Source: Myxococcales bacterium (GTDB taxonomy: Bacteria; Myxococcota_A; Polyangia; DRWM01; JAAZOP01). Taken from it: a stretch of 38,776 bases of DNA. The position numbers and the translations under genes were made by a program. The stretch lies in contig JAAZOP010000036.1 in assembly GCA_012797735.1 (NCBI GenBank), positions 1-38,776 on the forward strand. The letters are read 5' to 3'. The first letter of the stretch is position 1; each line of letters opens with the position of its first letter. Below the pieces are notes generated by a model. That model worked only from the letters and a program-made list of their open reading frames with translations. It was not told the DNA's origin and made no database searches. Positions 1 to 13,180 of the stretch are shown here, in pieces.

Positions 1-212
1 CCCCGCCGCCCTGCCGGACCTCGGGGCGTTGGTGGGGTAGGGCGGGGCTCCGCCGGATCGAGGACGGGTGCCGCGGCGGCCGCGGGCCGGGGCGCCGGGG
101 CCGGGCGCGATTCGCCGTCCGTCCGGGAGCCGCCGGCGGACGCGGCCTGCGGGCTGCTCGTCGAGGGTCGGGCGCTTCGCCGCGGGTCGCGGCCGATCCG
201 GAGCGTCGTCGA

Positions 213-2369
213 TCAGGCCGATGGATGGGTCGCGTCCGCCTGTGCGGCGCCGGCCGTGCTGTCCGCGGAAGCCTTCGCCTCCGCCCCGGCCTCCGCGTCG
301 GCGGTGCGCTGCGGGAGGCTTTGCATGACCAGCGTCGCGAGGTCGATCACCTGGAGTCTGTCGTCGAGGTCGGCGAGCTTGACCGAGTCCTCGAGCATCT
401 GCTTGCAGTAGGCGCAGCCGGTGACGATCGTGTCGGCGCCGGCCTCGGCGGCCTGGCGGACGCGCAGGTTGTTGATCCGCTCGCCGACCTTGAGGTCCAT
501 CCAGTAGTGGCCGCCGCCTCCGCCGCAGCACAGGCTCTTCTCGTGGTGGTTCCTCATCTCGAGCACGGTGGCGCCGGGGATGGCGCGCAGCACCTCGCGC
601 GGGGAGTCGTAGACCTTCTGGTAGCGGCCGAGGTAGCAGGGATCGTGGTAGACGATGCGGCGGGGCGTTCCGCGTTCCAGGCGCAACTCGCCGCTCCACA
701 GCGCCTCGTGGAGGAACTCGCTGTGGTGCACGACGTTGAAGTCGCCGCCGAACTGCCGGTACTCGTTCTTGAGCACGTTGTAGCAGTGCGGGCAGGAGGT
801 GAGCATCACGCGGAACTTGCGCTGCTTGATCCGCTCGACCTGCGCCTTGGCGATCTCCTGGAACAGCCGCTCCTCGCCCATCACGCGGGCCGGGTCGCCG
901 CAGCAGGTCTCGTCGGCGCCGAGCACGCCCCAGTCGAAGCCGCAGCGGTCGAGGAGCCGGCAGACGTCGGCGGCGATCTTCTGCTTGTTGGGGTCGAAGC
1001 TGGTGCAGCAGCCGATCCAGTAGATGATGTCGACGTCGTCGCCGGGTCCGACGACGCGGGCGCCGAGCTGCTCGAGCCAGGTGACGCGGTCTTCCTGGAG
1101 GCCGAACGGGTTGCCGTTGGCCTCGAGCATCTTCAGCGTGCGGGCCGCTTCGGCCGGCACGCGGCCCTGGATCAGCACCTCGTTGCGCCGCAGCTCCATC
1201 AGGGTGTCGACGTGCTCGATCGCCGCGGGGCAGACCTCCATGCAGGCGGTGCAGGTGCGGCAGAACCAGATGAAATCCTGGTCGAAGGCGTTGCCGACGA
1301 GGCAGGGCGCTTCGGGCGCGGCGGCGTCGGGCTTCGGCGCTTCGCCGCCGTTGCCGCCGCCGTTGGATCCGGCGGGGACGCGGGGGGTGTGCAGCAGTTC
1401 CTTCTGGCCGGCGATCAGGCGGCGCGGGGAGAACGGGTGGCCGGCCTGGGTCGAGGGGCAGATCTCGTCGCAACGGCCGCAGGAGATGCAGGCGTCGGCG
1501 TCGAGCCGCTGTTTCCAGGTCAGGTCGGTGGTCCGCTCGATGCCGACCCGGAAGTTCGCCTCGTCGAAGTCGTCGGCCGTCATCATCGCCTCGATGTCGA
1601 CCCGCGCCAGCTCGCCGCGCGGCTTGAGCTTCTGGAGGAAGACGTCGGTGGGGAGGGCGAGGAGGTGGACGAACTTGGTGTAGGGGATGCTGGCGATCCA
1701 GCCCATCGCGAACACGGTGTGGGTCCACCAGAGGACGCGGTGCATCGCGCTTCCGTCTTCCGGGGAGATGCCCCGCCAGGGGAGGCTGAACAGGAGGCCG
1801 ACGGGGGAGAGCCACGGCCACGGGTCGCCGAGGGTCGCCATGCGCAACCCTTCGGTGACGAAACCGGTGAGCACGAGCAGGGCGATCAGCGCGAGGGCGA
1901 AGCTGTCGGCGGGTCCGGTCTCGAGCGTCTTGGGTTTCCGGACGTAGCGGCGCCAGGCGGCGATGCTCACGCCGACGAGGATCAGCACGCCGGCCAGTTC
2001 GGCGGCCAGCGTGAGGAAGACATAGAGCCAGCCGCGGAAGAGGGTGGTGCCGAAGTCGTAGTCGAGGGCGACGACGGCGGTGACGCCGGCGAGGACCACG
2101 AAGGAGTAGAAGATCAGGCTGTGGAAGAAGCCGGGCAGCCGCGAGTTGCGGACGCGCTTCTGGAAGATCAGTTCGCCGAGCAACAGCTTGAGGCGCTGGC
2201 CCCACGCGGAGAACTTCTCGCCGCGCGGCCGGCCGCGACGCCAGAACTGCACGCGCTGGTAGACGCCCCAGCCGAAGATCGCCAGCGCGGCGAGGAACAG
2301 CACGTACATCGGCCACGCGGGCGAGATGTTCCACATGATCGGACGGGCAGCCTGGGAGAGATCGGGCAT
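213..2369 (-). CDS. Membrane-bound heterodisulfide-reductase-related Fe-S oxidoreductase (HdrF/FadF-like: NarI-like TM domain, 2x[4Fe-4S], two CCG domains)
   Basis: N-terminal hydrophobic helices with His residues (FHSLIF, WTHTV, FVHLL); ferredoxin motifs CISCGRCDEICP and CRTCTACMEVCP; CCG-domain motifs TCCG..SCPHC and HDPCYLGR..LCCGGGGG..GCAYC. Start placed at ATG 2369 because GGAG lies 6 nt upstream; TTG 2384 is the alternative. Confidence 0.9.
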   Translation of the reverse strand: MPDLSQAARPIMWNISPAWPMYVLFLAALAIFGWGVYQRVQFWRRGRPRGEKFSAWGQRLKLLLGELIFQKRVRNSRLPGFFHSLIFYSFVVLAGVTAVVALDYDFGTTLFRGWLYVFLTLAAELAGVLILVGVSIAAWRRYVRKPKTLETGPADSFALALIALLVLTGFVTEGLRMATLGDPWPWLSPVGLLFSLPWRGISPEDGSAMHRVLWWTHTVFAMGWIASIPYTKFVHLLALPTDVFLQKLKPRGELARVDIEAMMTADDFDEANFRVGIERTTDLTWKQRLDADACISCGRCDEICPSTQAGHPFSPRRLIAGQKELLHTPRVPAGSNGGGNGGEAPKPDAAAPEAPCLVGNAFDQDFIWFCRTCTACMEVCPAAIEHVDTLMELRRNEVLIQGRVPAEAARTLKMLEANGNPFGLQEDRVTWLEQLGARVVGPGDDVDIIYWIGCCTSFDPNKQKIAADVCRLLDRCGFDWGVLGADETCCGDPARVMGEERLFQEIAKAQVERIKQRKFRVMLTSCPHCYNVLKNEYRQFGGDFNVVHHSEFLHEALWSGELRLERGTPRRIVYHDPCYLGRYQKVYDSPREVLRAIPGATVLEMRNHHEKSLCCGGGGGHYWMDLKVGERINNLRVRQAAEAGADTIVTGCAYCKQMLEDSVKLADLDDRLQVIDLATLVMQSLPQRTADAEAGAEAKASADSTAGAAQADATHPSA

Positions 2370-2444
2370 GACCGACTCCGCCAACCCCCCGCGCCCGCGG
2401 CGCGGGCCGCCGGAGAAGCGGCGCCGTGGCGGGCGGAACGGGGA

Positions 2445-2933
2445 CTACGCGCCGGCCGGACGCCGCTTGAGCAGCGAGAAGTTGAGCCGCGCCGGACGGC
2501 TCACCCGCGCCGCATACGCCTGCTCGAGCGCCGGGACGGTGCAGACCGGGGCGAGCGGCTTGTAGTTCGGGCGGAAGTAGTGCCGCGCCTGCTGCGAGAC
2601 GCAGTCCCACAGGCAGCTCGTCGCCTCGAGCTTCCGGCCCCGGCGCTGCAACTCCTTCAGGAAGGTCTGCAGGACCGGCCACTGGCGGGAGAGCGACCAG
2701 ACCCGCTCCACCAGCACGCAGTCCCACGTCTCCTCGCAGGCCAGCAACTGCTGGATCCCCGGCCGCGAGATGATGTCCTCGTTGTAGACCTCGTCCTCGA
2801 AGAAGGCCGCGATCTCGATCCCGTTGTCCTGCGCGTACCGCCGGATCGCCTGCTTCTGCGCCTCGCGGCCGATCACCTCGCCCGTCTGCCCCAGCACGAT
2901 GTCACTCACGTACGCGACTGCCTTCTTCGTCAT
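2445..2933 (-). CDS. Serine recombinase/resolvase N-terminal-domain-like protein, catalytically degenerate, no DNA-binding domain (162 aa)
   Basis: Follows the resolvase pattern KAVAY...Q..AIRRYA..NG.EI...FED.....SRPGIQQLL...D.VLV....LSR...L..FL.EL...G.KL. Strong SD (GGAGGAAGGAAG) before ATG 2933. Motif YxRVS reads YVSDI and DRLxR reads WSLSR. Confidence 0.75.
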   Translation of the reverse strand: MTKKAVAYVSDIVLGQTGEVIGREAQKQAIRRYAQDNGIEIAAFFEDEVYNEDIISRPGIQQLLACEETWDCVLVERVWSLSRQWPVLQTFLKELQRRGRKLEATSCLWDCVSQQARHYFRPNYKPLAPVCTVPALEQAYAARVSRPARLNFSLLKRRPAGA

Positions 2934-2982
2934 GGCTTCCTTCCTCCGTTTCTCCCCCGCTCGAAACTCCGCAAGGCTGTAT

Positions 2983-2999
2983 ATCAAGGAACGTGCCAA
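2983..2999 (-). promoter_or_regulatory. Candidate sigma54 (-24/-12) promoter for the recombinase-like/oxidoreductase unit
   Basis: Minus strand reads TTGGCACGTTCCTTGAT against consensus TGGCACG-N4-TTGC(W). GG-N10 spacing is exact and the only deviation is GC->GA at -12. It lies 50 nt upstream of ATG 2933, next to a divergent sigma54-activator operon. Confidence 0.65.
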
Positions 3000-3000
3000 C

Positions 3001-3240
3001 ACGAGCGAATGTCTGTAAACAATTTGAATCAAAGGACTTATTCGATGGCTTTGCGGTGCAACTCAAGACAAACACCAGCCATGTAGCTGTTGGTTATACA
3101 GTCATTCCTTCTGGGATCCGACGGGTAGTGTCTCCGCATTCATGTGTTGTTATATGTAGTTATGATGCACCGATGGCTGCGGACAGAGGTGGTGTGCCGT
3201 TTGAAGATACCTGTGTTCTTGCGATATACATTTGGCTTGA
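3001..3240. promoter_or_regulatory. AT-rich divergent regulatory region with two TGT-N13-ACA motifs (3082-3100, 3212-3230), candidate enhancer sites
   Basis: About 45% GC by hand count (109/240), much lower than the flanking genes. The motifs TGTAGCTGTTGGTTATACA and TGTGTTCTTGCGATATACA both end in TATACA. Confidence 0.45.
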
Positions 3241-3321
3241 CCGGGACGGGGTGAGGGGGTGAGATCGGGGTGCGGGGGTTCTTGCGGCGGTCGCACGGGC
3301 GGCCGGGAGGTCGGCAGGCGG

Positions 3322-5232
3322 ATGAACCTCGAACCGCCGGGTGAGGCGCCTGAGGAGCGGCCGAGTCGTTGGGCGTTGCTGTGGAAGCGGCTGCGGCGGT
3401 TGTCGCTGCGCACGCGGCTCGTGCTCGCCTTCGTGATCCTGATCGTCAGTTCGGCCTCGGCGACGATCCTGATCGGCAGCACGGTTTTCGGGCGGAAGGT
3501 CGACGAGATGGCGCGCGCCAGCGCCGGGCTGTACCGGAAGCTGGGGGCGCAGGTGTTCGACCTCCAGCAGGAGCGGCTGGAGACGGCGCTGCAGTCGCTG
3601 GCGCACGTGACGGACGTGGTGCTGCTGGCGGAGCGGCTACGGGCGCCGGGACGGGCGGAACTGCCGGTCGATTTCGCGGTGCGGTGGGGGCCGTCGGGCG
3701 CGGCGGTGCTGGAGCGGAAGGCGGTGGGCGGGGACCTGGCCTACGGGGTGCGGACGTTGACGGAGCGGGAGCGGCGGGAGATCGACGGGACGGTGCTCGG
3801 CGCGGCGGCGGAGCGCGCCCGCAGGCAGGGGGCGGCGATCACCGGACTGGTCGTCCTGCCGGGCGCGCAGGCCGGCTGGATCGGCCTTCCGCCGCAGGAC
3901 GAGGACCAGCTCCTGGCGGTCTCGGCGGTCCACACCTCCGCCGGCGTCACGCTGCTCGGCCGGCGCCTCAACGACAACGTCGCGCTGCTCCGGCCGATGG
4001 CGGACCTGATCCATCCGAACAGTCCGCGGTTCGGCGCCACGGTGTTCCTCGGGGCGCGGCGCATCGCGACGATCGTCGGGGGCGCCGGGGGGACGGTGGC
4101 GGACCCGCGCGTCGTCCGCACGGTCCTCGAGGAGGGCCAAGTCTACACCGGCGTGGCCGACGTGGCCGGCACCGACTACTACGCCTCGTACCAGCCGCTC
4201 CGCGACCTCGACGGGCGGATCGTGGGGATGTTCGGCGTGGGCGAGGGGATCGGCGAGGATGCCTACGCCGAGATCCGGCGCCGGACGGTGGCGTTGTTCT
4301 CGGGGCTGATCGCCGGCGGGATGATCTTCGGGTTCCTGATGACGTATCTGTTCTCCGTCTGGCTCGTACGGCCGATCCGCGAGCTGGCGGCCGGGATGAG
4401 CCGGGTGGCCGAGGGCGACCTGGGGCACAAGGTCCGGATCGAGTCGGCGGACGAGTTGGGGCGGCTGGCGCGCGCGTTCAACCGGATGGTGCGGGCGGTC
4501 AAGGAGCGCGACAACAAGCTGCAGGAGATGACGGCGGATCGGCTCTCGGCCGTCGAGCGGCAGGTCTCGGTCGGGCGTCTCGCGGCCGGGGTGGCCCACG
4601 AGATCAACAACCCGCTGACGGCGATCCTCTCGCTCTCCAGCCTGCTGCTGAAGAAGGCGCCCCCCGGCGCTCCGGAGCGGGAGGACCTGGAGATCATCGT
4701 CGCCGAGACGACCCGCTGCCGCGAGATCGTCAAGGGCCTGCTCGATTTCGCCCGCGAGCGGCCGATCGCCAAGCGGATCGTCGATCTGCGCGACGTGCTG
4801 CGCGACACGATGCGTCTCACGGCCAAGTACGAGCCGCTCAAGGCGGTGACGCTGGAAACCCGTTTCCCGGACTACCCGCTGTACGTCAACGGCGACCCGA
4901 AGCTCCTGCAGCAGGTGTTCACCAACCTGCTGACGAACGCCGCGGAGGCGTGCGAAGGGCGGGGCGCGGTGCGGCTGACGGCGGCCGAGGACGCCAGCGG
5001 GGGGTTCGTCGAGGTGCGGTTCGACGACACCGGCAAGGGGATCCCGGCCGAGCATCTGCCGCGGATCTTCGAGCCGTTCTTCACGACCAAGGGCGCGCGC
5101 AAGGGCACGGGCCTCGGCCTGTCCGTGTCGCTCGGGATCGTGCAGAAGCACGAGGGCACGATCGATGTCCGCAGCGAGGAGGGGAAGGGGACGACGGTCA
5201 CCGTGACCCTGCCGCGCTGGGAGTGGGTCTAG
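3322..5232 (+). CDS. Membrane sensor histidine kinase (TM-Cache-TM-HAMP-HisKA-HATPase)
   Basis: Two TM segments; Cache-like ATVFLG..RIAT..Y.G.A.V.G..Y..SY.PL.D..G..VG; HAMP (RPIRELA..DELGRLARAFNRM); H-box AHEINNPL; N-box NLLTNA; DTGKGIP; FEPFFTTK; GTGLGL. GGAGGT lies upstream of ATG 3322. Confidence 0.93.
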   Translation: MNLEPPGEAPEERPSRWALLWKRLRRLSLRTRLVLAFVILIVSSASATILIGSTVFGRKVDEMARASAGLYRKLGAQVFDLQQERLETALQSLAHVTDVVLLAERLRAPGRAELPVDFAVRWGPSGAAVLERKAVGGDLAYGVRTLTERERREIDGTVLGAAAERARRQGAAITGLVVLPGAQAGWIGLPPQDEDQLLAVSAVHTSAGVTLLGRRLNDNVALLRPMADLIHPNSPRFGATVFLGARRIATIVGGAGGTVADPRVVRTVLEEGQVYTGVADVAGTDYYASYQPLRDLDGRIVGMFGVGEGIGEDAYAEIRRRTVALFSGLIAGGMIFGFLMTYLFSVWLVRPIRELAAGMSRVAEGDLGHKVRIESADELGRLARAFNRMVRAVKERDNKLQEMTADRLSAVERQVSVGRLAAGVAHEINNPLTAILSLSSLLLKKAPPGAPEREDLEIIVAETTRCREIVKGLLDFARERPIAKRIVDLRDVLRDTMRLTAKYEPLKAVTLETRFPDYPLYVNGDPKLLQQVFTNLLTNAAEACEGRGAVRLTAAEDASGGFVEVRFDDTGKGIPAEHLPRIFEPFFTTKGARKGTGLGLSVSLGIVQKHEGTIDVRSEEGKGTTVTVTLPRWEWV

Positions 5233-5251
5233 GGCGTTCGCGGAGGAGGCG

Positions 5252-6706
<1,455 letters not shown>

Positions 6707-6910
6707 CCCGGCCCGTCCCGGCGGAGCGGCGGCGGCCCGGGCGTTCGCGCGACGGTTCCGGTGCGGCGGGGTGCGTCGCGGTCGAACGGCCCGTCGTCGG
6801 GCGGGGTCGCGCGAGGGGTGGCATCCGGCCCTCCGGATTGCGTATGCTCGGCCCGGTCGTTGCGAACGGGCGCGACCGGCGACATCGGCAGGGGGGACGC
6901 GGAGGGTTCC

Positions 6911-9397
<2,487 letters not shown>

Positions 9398-9398
9398 T

Positions 9399-9434
9399 CC
9401 ACGACTTTCCGAATTCGTCGTGGCACCCGACGAA
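9399..9434. terminator. Overlapping inverted repeats between convergent glgP and kinase genes; possible bidirectional terminator
   Basis: CCACGAC (9399-9405) pairs with GTCGTGG (9417-9423); TTCGTCG (9414-9420) pairs with CGACGAA (9428-9434). No long U-tract. Confidence 0.35.
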
Positions 9435-9507
9435 ACTCCTCGATCCTCGACTGTCCACGCGCGGCGCAGAGGTTGCGTCGAGTGGCGGCCCCTGGCCGCG
9501 CGATGAG

Positions 9508-11706
<2,199 letters not shown>

Positions 11707-11899
11707 CGACGAGCCTCCAGGTGCCGGACTGTGGCAGACGCGGTGCCGGCGCGCAACGGTCCCGGCAGCGCCGTCCCGGCGGCGATCGTCGCGGCGCCGC
11801 GGCCGGGTCGGGACCGGGGTCGACCGACCTGCGGGCGTGCGATCCGGGGCGGCCGCGGCGGCTTGCGCCGGCGAACGACAACGTCTATCAGGGCGCGCG

Positions 11900-12796
11900 A
11901 TGCCGTGGAGCCGCGCCGGAGAGATCGCCGCGCTCGCCACCGCCTGCTGCTGGACGGTGACGGCGCTGGCGTTCGAGCGGGCGGGGAAGCGGATCGGCTC
12001 CCTGGTCGTCAACCTGCTGCGACTGCTCGTCGCGCTCGGCCTCCTCACCCTGTTCGGCGCGCTGGTTCGCGGGGCGCCCCTGCCGGTCGATGCCCCGCCC
12101 CGCGCCTGGCTGTGGCTCGCCGCTTCCGGCCTCGTGGGTTTCACGTTCGGCGACCTGTGCCTGTTCCGCGCCTTCGTGGTGATCGGCTCGCGGCTGTCCG
12201 TGCTGCTGATGTCGCTCGTGCCGCCGCTGTCCGCGGTGCTCGGCCGGCTGGTGATGGGCGAAAGGCTGACCGCCCTGGATTGGTTCGGGATGGCGCTGAC
12301 CGTGGGCGGGGTGGCCTGGGTCGTGCTGGAGCGGCGGCCCGAGGGCGAGGGACGCCCCGGTCGGGTGCCGTGGACCGGGATCCTGCTCGGGCTGGGCGGC
12401 GCCGTGGGCCAGGCGGTGGGACTGGTGCTGTCCAAGTACGGGATGCGCGACTACGATCCGTTCGCGGCGACGCAGATCCGCGTGATCGCGGGAGCGTTCG
12501 GGTTCGCCGCGGTGTTCTCCGTCATCGGCTGGTGGCCGCGGGTCTGGGCGGCGCGTCGCGACCGGACCGCGCTCGGCCTGGTGGGTCTCGGCGGTTTCTT
12601 CGGGCCGTTCCTCGGCGTCTCGCTGTCGCTGTACGCGGTCCAGCACACGGCGACCGGGGTCGCCGCGACGCTGATGGGCATCCTGCCGGTGCTGATCCTG
12701 CCGCCGGCGATCCTGCTGAACCAGGAACGCGTGTCGCCGCGCGCCGCCGCCGGGGCCGTCCTGGCCGTGACCGGAGTGGCGGTGCTGCTGTTGTGA
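11900..12796 (+). CDS. DMT/EamA family transporter
   Basis: About 298 aa, roughly 10 hydrophobic segments in two repeats; GEIAAL.TA..W, SG.VG...GD, GERLT, ERVS motifs. Confidence 0.88.
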   Translation: MPWSRAGEIAALATACCWTVTALAFERAGKRIGSLVVNLLRLLVALGLLTLFGALVRGAPLPVDAPPRAWLWLAASGLVGFTFGDLCLFRAFVVIGSRLSVLLMSLVPPLSAVLGRLVMGERLTALDWFGMALTVGGVAWVVLERRPEGEGRPGRVPWTGILLGLGGAVGQAVGLVLSKYGMRDYDPFAATQIRVIAGAFGFAAVFSVIGWWPRVWAARRDRTALGLVGLGGFFGPFLGVSLSLYAVQHTATGVAATLMGILPVLILPPAILLNQERVSPRAAAGAVLAVTGVAVLLL

Positions 12797-12802
12797 CGGG
12801 CG

Positions 12803-13093
12803 CTAGCGCGTCGAGCGCCGCGCCTCGCGGGTGAGCCGCCGGGTGCGGGCGTAGGTCCAGCCGCCGGCCAGCAGCACCGCGACGCCGGCGGGCACGAAGG
12901 CCCAGCCGACGACCTGGAGCGTGCCGCTCGGGAAGAAGTGCAGGAACGACACGCCGGCCACGAACAGCGTCAGCGCCGTCCGGGCGAACGCCAGCAGCGT
13001 CCGTTCGTTCGCCAGCACGGTGCGCTCCACCGCGAGGCGGTCGCGCAGCGTTGCGGTCTCGACCGGCGGGCTCCGGGGAACAGATTCGACCAT
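12803..13093 (-). CDS. DUF202 (YidH-like) membrane protein
   Basis: LRDRLAVERTVLANERTLLAFARTAL signature followed by two TM helices; SD GAGGAGG. Confidence 0.9.
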   Translation of the reverse strand: MVESVPRSPPVETATLRDRLAVERTVLANERTLLAFARTALTLFVAGVSFLHFFPSGTLQVVGWAFVPAGVAVLLAGGWTYARTRRLTREARRSTR

Positions 13094-13180
13094 CGGGCAA
13101 CCTCCTCTCCGGCCGGGAGGATAGCCGGGGTGGGCGTGCGAGTGGTAGACGCCCGCACCGGTCCATCGATGCGTGCGAGG

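Noticed and set aside
1-212. Possible small ORF (68-328) or structured RNA
   Set aside because: Extremely GC-rich, low-complexity translation that overlaps the oxidoreductase end; no recognisable RNA family features.
213-215. Selenocysteine read-through at TGA stops of redox genes (oxidoreductase, nuoB, nuoG)
   Set aside because: Each TGA follows a complete domain and a non-conserved tail; no Cys-equivalent position is interrupted.
3027-3040. IHF site (AATCAAAGGACTTA) between the sigma54 box and the putative enhancers
   Set aside because: Position is suggestive, but the spacer is one base longer than WATCAA-N4-TTR, so it is not called as a feature.
2445-3260. Active invertase with a flippable promoter, or a transposon remnant
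   Set aside because: Catalytic motifs are degenerate. I found no long inverted repeats (only a 7-bp pair), no transposase and no target duplication.
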